A stretch of DNA of 63,448 nucleotides, filler included, from Chrysochromulina tobinii (taxonomy: Eukaryota), in the NCBI GenBank assembly GCA_001275005.1. It is 9 parts of 9 records of this genome, joined end to end, with 100 filler letters (N's around TTAATTAATTAA, not from the genome) between each part and the next. Parts side by side here need not be neighbours in the genome. Positions count along the whole stretch, not along the records: positions 53,866 to 56,469 come from JWZX01000733.1; positions 56,570 to 58,766 come from JWZX01000740.1; positions 58,867 to 60,886 come from JWZX01000747.1; positions 60,987 to 63,448 come from JWZX01000753.1; 5 more parts are not named here. One strand, given 5' to 3'. A program made the translations under genes and the position numbers. Of the stretch, positions 53,866-63,448 are shown in pieces. Below the pieces are notes generated by a model. The model was not told the origin of the DNA and searched no databases. It saw only the letters and a program-made list of their open reading frames with translations. Every line of letters starts with the position of its first letter. The stretch's first letter is position 1.

Positions 53866-56202
53866 CCTGACCGGATCCCAGCGGTACGTCGTCCAGCGAT
53901 GCACCACTCGAGCCTTTGCGCCGGGGCTTATCTGAAAGGCTCTCGAGACGCGAACGGGTGGCGGAAGGCGAAGGTGTGGGGACTGGTCGAGCTTTTGCGG
54001 GGAGAAAAGGCAAGAAAACAGTGGTCCATACGCACCCTTATCTTTGCATTGGTTCCGCACACACGCCACAGCATCGTACCCGTCACCATCAGGCCGAGGG
54101 CATGTAAGCGCCTTGCGCAGTGCCTTGCCCGTTGTAATTGTGTTGCTCGTACACGTGGCACAACGGCACTCAAGTTTCTTTCGGAGCTTGGCCAAGCCTG
54201 CAGCCAGCAGGTCGAATTCGAGATGGTAGCGGCACAAGCACACATCACGGGTAGGGTCTTTCACCCACCACGGTCGATGCTCTCTTATAAACGTCGACGA
54301 CATGTGAAAGTCCTCGCCGAATTTAGCCTTGCCATTACTAACGACCTTGGCATAGAAGCCGTCAGGTCCGCACAGCGGGAGCTCGAGCCATCGTAAGCGA
54401 TGGTGCTCGCGATCAGGCTTGCGCGAGCTGGGATCATAAATTTCGTCCTTCTTCTTCTCCGACTCACGTGTGAATTCATTTGAGAGCCAGCATTCATGGA
54501 TCAGCCACCGTACCTGCTCGTCCGAGATGCAATCCGAGCGTTTCTTGCAGCGATCGTCGTAGAGCGCTTCAATGTTTCCCTCATCGAGAAAGGCCTCCCC
54601 ACGCAGGAAGCCAATCTTAATCTTATCTGCGCCGTGGCTGCCCAAGTCAAGCTCGTCAGCCACAGCTGCTAGGCTCGCAGCTCCAAGCTCGGGAGCATGA
54701 CTCACAGCAGTCAGTACCACTTGCATGGCTTGGCCGAGCTTCTTGACTGGCCTTCCATCTCCCTGGAGCTGACGCGCCTTCTGAAAAAAGGCGCGCAGTG
54801 AGAGGATGATAGCGTTGCGAGTCTGCTGGATTTCATTGAGGACAGCACCATGACCGTCATCATCTTCCGTCTTTATGCCGAGTTTCGTAGCGCCGTACTC
54901 AAAGAGTTGTTGTGCCTTGAGTAAATCACCTCCAGTTATGTCCATCAAATTATTCCAGAAACGCTCCCAATGGCGATAAAACGTACGGGTTCGTTCAGAT
55001 GGCGAGTACCCGTCACCAAATATATTGGGCAGCGCTTGCGGTTTTGGCATCGGGTTATTTGTATCATCGTTAGACTCGACGGCCTCCTGCGTGAGCGCCC
55101 ACTGACGAAGCTTCTCAAAGTCGCGTTTCAGCAGGCGATTGGTCTCCTCCGAGCTCGTGAGTGCCGCGGCCATCTGGGCGAGCTCGAGTTGCAGTGCTAG
55201 GATGCGTTTGCGTGCGTGTGCAAGCATGGCTTCCTGCACCGAAGAGTACTGGCGCTCACCTTTGTAGTAGCGCGAGTTGCCAGACGGCAGCCCAGTCTGC
55301 CAGTGGACCTCGACAGGTGTGGCGCCGGCACCACCACGTGCGCCACCACGGCCGTGATGCGTGGGCGGGCTGTTGTCTTCATCATCGCTACCCTCAGATG
55401 CCTTCTCGGACTCCTCCGCTGCTGCCGAACCTGCTGAGCCCGCACCAGCTGAGCCGACACGCTGCCGCTTCTGGGGCTTGTGGTCCGCCATGAAAGGCTT
55501 TAACGTTGCCCAGATCAGGTTGTTGAGCTCAGCGGCGGCCTCCGCCAACCGCTCCTCGTACGTCTCCTTGCGTGAGGTGAACTTCCTATTGATGGTCACT
55601 ACATGATGTGACGCTGCCTTTGACCGCCCCTTGCCCGTCTTCGGCACAAGCACGGAAGCATACATGGTGAACCGATAAACGTCACCATAGCGTGTCTCTG
55701 AGATTGGCGAGACGGTGCGCCGCAGCCAGCCACTTCTTGCAGGTCTCGTTTCGTCCGGCTGCTGTCCCTCCCAAGGCTCTTGGCTCTGCCGCTGCAGAGG
55801 GGCCATCGCGGCGGCACGTGCCTTGCCAACCAGCTTCTGAGCCACCGCCACTAATGCAGCTGCGTCCGCCTCCGCCTCCGCTGCTGCCGCCTCGGCTTCC
55901 ATTGCCTCGGACTGTGCCACCTCTGGTTCCGCCGCCGCATCCTCCGTTGCCGCCACCTCGGCTTCCATTGCCTCAGACAACTGCGCCACCTCTGGTTCCC
56001 CGGCCGCGTCTTCCATCTCCTCTCCTGCCGCCGCTGTTGACGTACTAGCTCCTGCAGACTGTTGACGTACTCGTTCCTTGGCGGCGGCGCGACGATGACG
56101 CTTACTATCGGCCTCTGCCTTGCGAATTGCCAGGAGCTGCTCTTCCTGTTTAGCCTTTAATTTAGCATCAACCGCCTTCTTCTTCTCACTGCCCCCGGGC
56201 AC
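53866..56202 (-). mobile_element. Possible DNA-transposon transposase N-terminal part (CMC/Chapaev-like); truncated
   Basis: STFIREHRPWWVKDPTRDVCLCRYH and downstream Cys clusters, with lower GC than host genes. The catalytic part is not in the contig. Confidence 0.45.
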
Positions 56203-56269
56203 AAAGTCGAAGAGCGTCTTCCCGCCGCCACTGAAGCGTGGGCCATGGCAATGATTGCACGTGCACTTA

Positions 56270-56469
56270 GCGACGGCAGCGACGGGGGCGACGGAGGTGA
56301 CGGGGGTGGCGGCGGAGGCGACGGGGGCAGCGGCCGTGGTGGCGGCGACGGAGGAGGCGGCGATGGCGACGGAGGAGGCGGCAACAGGGGCGACGGCGGC
56401 AAAGGCGGCGGCGACGGGGGCGGCGGCGACGGGGGCGAGCTCGGTGGTGGCGGCAACAGGGGCGACGGC
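56270..56469 (-). repeat. SPPPP-coding low-complexity repeat at the contig end
   Basis: GGCGGCGAC-type repeats. Confidence 0.6.
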
Positions 56470-56606
56470 NNNNNNNNNNNNNNNNNNNNNNNNNNNNNNN
56501 NNNNNNNNNNNNNTTAATTAATTAANNNNNNNNNNNNNNNNNNNNNNNNNNNNNNNNNNNNNNNNNNNNATACTAAACCCGATACCGGCGAGCCTGCCGC
56601 TGCGAA

Positions 56607-57231
56607 GGATTTCGAAGGATTGCGATGGATTGTGATGGATTGGATGGATTGCGATGGATTGCAATGGATTGCGACGGATTGCGATCAGGAATGGCTTGCT
56701 GAGCTCACGCCGATTCAAACAACCCTTCACATTGATGCTCCCCATCCTAATCACACACGATGCGCGCGCTCCAACCGGCGCCGTACGCTCAAAACGGCGC
56801 CGCGCGTTCAAACGGTGCTGCTCGCTCAAAACGGCGCCGTGCGCTCAAAACGGCGCTGTGCATTCAAACGGTGCAGCGCGCTCGAAACGGCGCCGCGCGC
56901 TCACAATGGCGTCGCGCGCTCAAAATGGCGCTGCGCGTTCAAAACGGCGCGGCGCGCTCAAAACGGCGCGGCGCGTTCAAACGGTGTTGTGCGTTCAAAC
57001 GAGGGTCGGCAAGGGGTCGGCAAGGGGTCGGCAGATTAGTTAGAAGGGGTCGGCAGAGGGGTCGGCAGATTAGTTAGAAGGGGTCGGCAGGGGGGTCGGC
57101 AGATTAGTTAGAAGGGGTCGGCAGAGGGGTCGGCAGAGGGGGTCGGTAAGGGGTCGGCAGAGGGGTCGGTAGCTGACTAACCATTGAGGGGTCTGCAGAC
57201 CGTCTGCAGACCGTCTGCAGACCGGTCTGCA
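56607..57231. repeat. Four consecutive minisatellite blocks (GGATTGCGAT; GCGCGCTCAAAACGGC; GGGGTCGGCAGA; CTGCAGACCGT)
   Basis: Blocks at about 56607-56690, 56760-57001, 57003-57170 and 57192-57231. Confidence 0.85.
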
Positions 57232-57696
57232 GTTTGCTGTGCGGGCTGGGAGGGTCGGAATGGTGTGCGGGACCCTGCGCAGGAAGGTAGGTGTTCCCCA
57301 GGTGTCCATGTAGGACTTCCAGTTGGGTTTTTCGGACTCCCCCGGCTCGGCTGCTATACATTTCAACACTACTCCGACCCAGATGTACCACAGTAAACAC
57401 CCCGGACCTAACCCTGGTGACGCACACTCGAGAAGCTCAACCATGAACCAGCCGTGAACATTGCAACAGTCAGCCTCGTTCAACCTCGTTGTTGTACAGA
57501 ATGCACTGATACTTCGAGATGGTTTCAGACACCCTCCCGCCCCCTCCTCCGCTTTTGCCCCCGCGCACTCTGAGAGGTCTGTCGAGGTCAGACTGTCGAG
57601 GCCAGCCTCTCGTGCCCCCTTCTACGGGCCAGGTTCCCCGCTCTTCTTTGTCAGGCTCACGTCAGGCTCATGCCAGGCTCACTAGCACAGGTTCAC

Positions 57697-58766
57697 TTAC
57701 TGCCCTAGCACCTTGTCTTCATCGACCGTCGTGGATTCATATGTGACCGTCGTCAGTGCAAGGCCCAGCCGATTAAGTGCGTCGCACAGCTCCTGAGGCA
57801 ACCCTTGCGATTGTTGCAGGGCGTCACGGACAGCCCGGGCGGCTTCCGCCCGGCACGCGTCGGCAGAAGCTTGTTGTGTCATTACCCTTTCGAAGTCGTC
57901 TCGGTAAGAAGACGATAGCTCCACCTGCGATCCGAAATTTCGACCATCAAGTTAGCCAGTGGGCAAGGTTTTCCGGTCTGGCTCTGGGCGAAGAGAAAAG
58001 CGGTTTGGTATCGCACCACTTGGCGGGTTCTTGCCTCCAGGCTCCGGTTCACGCGCCTCTCATTTTCGAGGTCGATCGTCCGTTGGTTCAACTTAGCCTC
58101 GGCCCTATCCGCACGAGCTCTCTCCTGGTCAAGATTCTCACGGAAGCTCGATTCGAGCTGTCGCACAAATGGCATAATGAGCTGGTCTGGCGGGACCATC
58201 GGTGCTTGATCTGGAACCGTGGGCCTGTTCATGAGCTGTTCGAAAAGGATTGAATTCGCCTTGTAGGTTGTGTGATTTTCCCTGCAAACGAAGACAAGGG
58301 GCGATAATTGATGAGAGACAGGCGAGGAAGGTGGTGGGGGCGAGGGCTGAGGCGGCTGCCCGCGAATCGTACAGCTGCTCCCTGTAAGAATCGATGAGGC
58401 TCTGCTGGTTGCTAGATTGGATCTCGGCGGTGCGACGCTGGCGGACCTGTACAGTCGACACCGCCGCCAATATCCAAAGCCTCCGGGTCTCATCGGTGCT
58501 TCCGGTGCTCTGATGGATCTTGATGAAGAGCACGACGTCATGCCTCCAAGCGGGGGCAGAGTGCCGGCGCTTCCAATCTCGACGATCGGATTGTCAACCG
58601 AATCCAGGGCGTCTCTGAAGCGCACGTGCGTCGAGGCGGCGCTGCCTCTGCGTGACGAGCGTTGGTATCGGCGCCTGTTCAACGGCGCAGCCGAGATGGG
58701 TGGTCTGGCTCCTACCCGACTGGCGCAGGAGTCCCTTCTCGGCTCGGTCGTGGACTCCACGATCGA
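57697..58766 (-). CDS. Fragmented or spliced coiled-coil hypothetical gene
   Basis: Coiled-coil segments (ENLDQERARADRAEAKL; ELSSSYRDDFER) lie in different frames. Confidence 0.3.
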
Positions 58767-58866
58767 NNNNNNNNNNNNNNNNNNNNNNNNNNNNNNNNNN
58801 NNNNNNNNNNTTAATTAATTAANNNNNNNNNNNNNNNNNNNNNNNNNNNNNNNNNNNNNNNNNNNN

Positions 58867-59015
58867 GCTGCTGCTGGACTGTTGCGTCGAGGGGACTGCA
58901 GTGGTGGAACCTTGACTGCTGGTGGATCCTCGGCGGCCGACTCGATGCTGGTGAGCTGGACTGCTGGTGGATCTTCGGCGCTTGACTGGATGCTGGTGAC
59001 ATGGACGGTGTTCAT
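58867..59015 (-). CDS. 5' end of an inverted, head-to-head paralog of the CorA gene; truncated by the linker
   Basis: MNTVHVTSIQSSAEDPPAVQLTSIESAAEDPPAVKVPPLQSPRRNSPAA is near-identical to the N-terminus encoded at 59303-59406. Confidence 0.7.
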
Positions 59016-59302
59016 TTTGAAGACAGACAAACGCGGGCGGCTGCAACGTGATCGACGCTCGCGAAGGTGACGCAACCCTGCAACGCTCCCCCAAGAGAAT
59101 CCTTTTCCTTTTCATTAGCATGCATTGAAATCGACGGAATGCTCATGGACACGCCTTGCATGCACGACTTGATTTCGGGATGTCAGTTGGTTTTACCGTA
59201 GCGGCGCCGCGAGTTGGCCCCGCGTGCTTTCCTGGGGTCGCATCTGTCACCATTCGCGTCGCACCGACCCCGTGGCAGCCTCCGGCTCTGCACCCTACCT
59301 CA

Positions 59303-60736
59303 ATGAACACCGTCCAGGTCACCAGCATCGAGTCGGCCGCCGAGGATCCACCAGCAGTCAAGGTTCCACCACTGCAGTCCCCTCGACGCAACAGTCCAGC
59401 AGCAGCAATCCCGCAGCACGACCCGCGCGCAAACGACATCAAGCACCTCAAGGAGATTTGCCTCGACTTGAAGACAGGCACTGACTTTGCCTCGCTACTC
59501 GAGGTTTCCCACCTGCTCCACCAGTCCCGTCTGAAGACGCAGGAGACCGTGTCTGATGCCATGATCATGCTCAACTTCAAGCTCCCATCTGCTCACGAAG
59601 AGATGTCTGTGTCCGAACCTTTGACCGTTCGCAAGGGTGGCATCATCAACAAAACGTGCGCCAACGATGTCTTGGCGTTCTGCGCGTCCGCGGAGCAGCC
59701 GCCAGTTAATTGGTTTCACATCAACACATTCTATTACGACCCCGCCCTTAAGAGCGCGGAGTCCGTTGACCTTAAGGCTCTCATCGAGATCGGCGAGGCG
59801 CTCGGCATCACCAGCAGCGTGATCAAGAATACCATGAAGAACTACGGCAACGGGATGATCTGCACGGAGCAAGGCCCCGGTTGCATCGGCATCGCCTTCG
59901 TCGACCTCGTGCGTGTGGACACGAGTGGCCGCGAGGTGCTGCCCCCAAAGCACCTCACGCGAGCGGGCAGCCCGCGAGGAGGTGGCTCTGTCCTGAAGGA
60001 CATGTGGAGCCCCGACGACAAACCAAGCAGCAAGACGACGGCCAGCTCCATTAAGACCATCCAGCAGCAGCCTATCGCGCTCTTCTATTCCTCGAAGGCG
60101 AACACGTGCCTGTCGGTGCGCGTCGCGCCTAGCGGCCTCGAGACGACCATGTGCCACTGGGGTGGCATTGTGAAGCAACTGCAGGAGAAGACCTCACTCG
60201 TTTCGAAAAAGATGGACGCCGCGTACCTGATGTTCCTCCTGCTTGCGGATGTCATCAACTCCATCGAGCCGCTGCTCAACATGTACGGAGATGCGCTTGA
60301 AGGGCTCGATTTTCTCTTCGACGAGTACGAGCCCACCGTACGGCGCAACCTGATGTCTCGCAGGATGCAAAAGGATCTATGGGTGATCAGGCGTTGGGGC
60401 TGGTTGATGAGTACCACCGCGCAAGACCTCGCGGTGGATCCGTGGGATGTATTCACCGAAGAGCAGGAGAAGCCGATCCAGATGCTCTTACAGCAGTCCA
60501 ACACCCTCGCGACAACCGCAAAAGCGTACCTCGAAAAAGCGGACTCGCAGGAGGATTTCTTCAGCCAGTCCCAGGAACAGTGTACCAACAACCTGCTCTT
60601 CAACCTGACCATGTGCACGCTCATCATGGTGCCGCCCTCCTTCTTCACGGGCGTCTACGGCATGAACTTCGACGTTATTCCGGAGCTTCATAACGAAAAC
60701 TCCTACTTTGCCCTGTGGGGCTGGTGCGTGCTGTGA
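59303..60736 (+). CDS. corA: CorA/MIT-family Mg2+ transporter; 3' end probably spliced beyond the linker
   Basis: NNLLFNLT...PPSFFTGVYGMNF (GMN signature) and IPEL. A GTGCGT donor lies near 60724. Confidence 0.88.
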   Translation: MNTVQVTSIESAAEDPPAVKVPPLQSPRRNSPAAAIPQHDPRANDIKHLKEICLDLKTGTDFASLLEVSHLLHQSRLKTQETVSDAMIMLNFKLPSAHEEMSVSEPLTVRKGGIINKTCANDVLAFCASAEQPPVNWFHINTFYYDPALKSAESVDLKALIEIGEALGITSSVIKNTMKNYGNGMICTEQGPGCIGIAFVDLVRVDTSGREVLPPKHLTRAGSPRGGGSVLKDMWSPDDKPSSKTTASSIKTIQQQPIALFYSSKANTCLSVRVAPSGLETTMCHWGGIVKQLQEKTSLVSKKMDAAYLMFLLLADVINSIEPLLNMYGDALEGLDFLFDEYEPTVRRNLMSRRMQKDLWVIRRWGWLMSTTAQDLAVDPWDVFTEEQEKPIQMLLQQSNTLATTAKAYLEKADSQEDFFSQSQEQCTNNLLFNLTMCTLIMVPPSFFTGVYGMNFDVIPELHNENSYFALWGWCVL

Positions 60737-60986
60737 CTCCCCACGCCGCAATTCCCCCATGTTCCATGCACTCCCCCTTGCACCTGCCGAGCATCTTCCC
60801 TACCACTCGCCCGCATCTGATCCGCCTTCTTCATATTTGCATCCGACCTGCCGTCTTCAACCTTGCATCATTCTGACCCGCCTCTTNNNNNNNNNNNNNN
60901 NNNNNNNNNNNNNNNNNNNNNNNNNNNNNNTTAATTAATTAANNNNNNNNNNNNNNNNNNNNNNNNNNNNNNNNNNNNNNNNNNNN

Positions 60987-63448
60987 CGGCCGGGCCGATC
61001 CACGTCTCACAGCTGTTCCTCGACGACGTGTACGACGGCATCATCGCCCCGTGGATGCTGCACGCTGACGCCGCTTTCGCCGCGATCGCTGCTGGCGGAG
61101 CCGTCGATCGCCCTCCCACCGTCACCATCGGTCAAGGGCAAATGCAGCCGTGGGCCCGAGGCATAGTATGGGACTGCCTAGCTCCATCCGCCTGCGTCCC
61201 CGTCCAGCGGTCAACCCGCTCCACCATCTTCCCAGGAAGGCGGCAGCTCGACCGCGCCGCGCTCAGGCGCGTCGCTACCGAGCTGCACTGGCACGATGCC
61301 GACATCATCGCCCAGGCCGGCGAAGGCGGCGTCGAGAGCCGCAGCCACTGCCCGCTTGACACCGTTCTCGCCTTCCACCATCAGAGCCTCGTCGCCGAGC
61401 ACCCTTCCGCTGAGAAGGTCGTCCTCTCCGACCTTGCTGAAGAGTGGGTACCGACGGCGCATCGCACGCACCGTCGGGCACCAGGGTTCACGTCCACGCG
61501 CAGCTCGCCGTCCGCGGGCTGCGCGACGTCGGCCTCGACGCCCAGCCCGCCAAGGTCGTCGTAGGAGACCCAGTAACCTCCCTCGGCCTCCGCGTCTCCC
61601 GAGCCGACCGGCAGATCAACTGCCCGGCACTCAAGCGTGCCTCGCTGCTCGACAGCGCAGCACGCCAGCGAGCCGAGGCGAGCCTCGGCATTTCCGCCGA
61701 TCGCGCCGCCGCCGACACCCTCGTCGGACGAGCGGTCAACCTTTCCCAGGTCTTCCCCGAGCTCAACAGCGTGCTTCACGGCGGCTACGCCGTCACCCAC
61801 GCCTCGTGGCGCGCCGGCGGCCGCTCGCGCCGCCCTCGGCGCCTTGCATTCCGCGACGGTAGCTCCGCTCATGGGGCCTGGATCGGCTTCCTCGACGTCC
61901 TCTCGGAGCTAGTCCATACCAACTCCGGAGTTTCCATCGCGCCCGAGCGCAGCTTCCCGCCCCGCGACCACCCGGGCACCATCACCGTCACCTCCGATGC
62001 GTCGGGCATCGACGGCGTCGGCGGCTACGTCTTCCACGCGGCGCATCCCCTCGACGTATGGATAGTCTCAGAGCTCTGGCCCTCCGACATCCTACTCGCC
62101 CTACGCACTGCCGCCGCCGGCGATTCCGACGGTCCATCGCTATCCATGCCCGCCGCCGAGCTCTTTGGCAGCGTCGCCATCGCCTCAGCCGTCTCCACCG
62201 CCATCGGCTCACCACCGTCAGCGGTTCACGCCATCACCGATTGCGCGCCCGCCGCCAGCGCCATCAACGCCACCACCAGCGGCGTCCATCAGCTTCGCCG
62301 CATCCTCAGGATCGCGCGCGCGTGCGCCCCCCTCTGGCTTGGAGTCGCCATCCCACGCGAAGCCAACGTCGACGCCGACCGCCTCAGCCATCCGCATCTC
62401 TATGAGGACGTCGCCGCCGACGCCATCGCAGCAGGTCTCAGGGTCCATCGCATCCACCTCCCCCCCGACTCTGTCGTATGGGACGACCTACGCTCCGCCG
62501 CCCAGCTTGGCGTTGGTCACGCCAGCGATCAACTCTGACCCCTCCCCATCCCCACCGCGGTACCGTCTCACGTACAGCACACATCCTCATCTCTTCATCC
62601 TCTCCCTTCGCCTCTCATCTCATCATCTCATCATCCTCCCGTCTCTTCCCCTCCTCATCCCCATCGCTCTCCTCCCTCCCTCGCAGGCCTATTGCGCCAC
62701 GCCAGGCTCATCAACCCGCCTCGGGCCATCCCTCCGCCCGCTCCCTCCGAGCCCATCTGGGCGGCCCGAAAGCCACCCCATCGTCCATCCGCTCCCCCAT
62801 CCGCGCCCCCGAGGACGCTGTTTCTACCCGCGCCATCCACACTCGCCGCAGCCTTCCAGCTCGGCCGCGCAGCCCCTGCACCGAGCGCCAAGGCCATCGC
62901 CTTGCGCGCAAAGGTCCAGCTTCTCGCCACCCAGTGCCATCTCTCGAGCGCAGTTGGGGAGTCCATCGCCGACGAATGGGTCGACACAGAGCCCGCCCTC
63001 GCCGCCACCGATCTCATCTCCTCTCTCCGCATGAGCCTCAAGCGCAGAGCCTCGTCCACCATCGACCTCGACCGCGCTGCCACGTCCCTCGAGTGGTTCG
63101 CCGACTTCATCTCCGCGTCTTCACGGCGCCCCTTCCTCCCCCTCGCTCACGCTGGAGACATCCAGGCCGCGGTCTATAACTCCGAGACCCTCGAGCTCTT
63201 CGGCGAGTACATCCGCTCCCGCGGCTCTCGCCAAAAGGGCAGGGTCGGCACCGCCATCGCCAGCGACACCGTCGACACCTACGTCGGCACCGTCAAGATC
63301 CTCGCCAGCCTCGGCGCCCATCACCGCATCACCTTCGAGTCTGCCAACGTGGTCATGCCGAGGGCGTCCAAGGCGCATCGTCGCGCCCAAGCACCCCCAG
63401 GCGAGCGCAAGCTCAAGCGGGGCATCCGCGCGCACCATCTTCGAGCCC
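60987..63448 (+). mobile_element. DIRS-like tyrosine-recombinase retrotransposon, internally deleted
   Basis: RNase H: TSDASGIDGVGG, AAELFG, ITDC and REANVDADRLS (61444-62538). An open frame from 62539 to the window end resembles a YR N-terminal domain (…WFADF…TVDTYVGTVK…RKLKRGIRAHHL). Confidence 0.75.

Overview
GC-rich eukaryotic nuclear DNA. The GC-AG introns, the (CCTCTGATGG)n and 'CTTGCATGCATGTGCTCACCACGGCG' intron families and the plastid-targeted genes suggest a haptophyte such as Chrysochromulina (inference). The window is 9 contigs joined by artificial 100-bp N/TTAATTAATTAA linkers, so adjacency across linkers is unproven. Housekeeping genes include COQ4, COQ8, casein kinase I, thioredoxin, a SET protein, an MFS transporter, CGL160, GT8, a CNBD channel and CorA. 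TE fragments include a copia-like polyprotein, a DIRS-like element and a possible CMC-type transposase. Main highlights: (1) An uninterrupted geminivirus-like HUH+SF3-helicase Rep gene lies next to a tandem array of a ~77-bp hairpin-rich unit. The same unit occurs as a monomer inserted at a site whose empty paralogous allele is visible, as a dimer elsewhere, and as a degenerate inverted copy on the other side of Rep. This is a candidate Rep-driven micro-element system. (2) One gene carries a family of new introns built from a variable-length exon duplication plus a constant 3' splice-site cassette. (3) A TGA-readthrough DsbA/FrnE selenoprotein candidate. (4) A PKA-like pseudokinase. (5) Tandem double-HET-like genes and a TIR gene.
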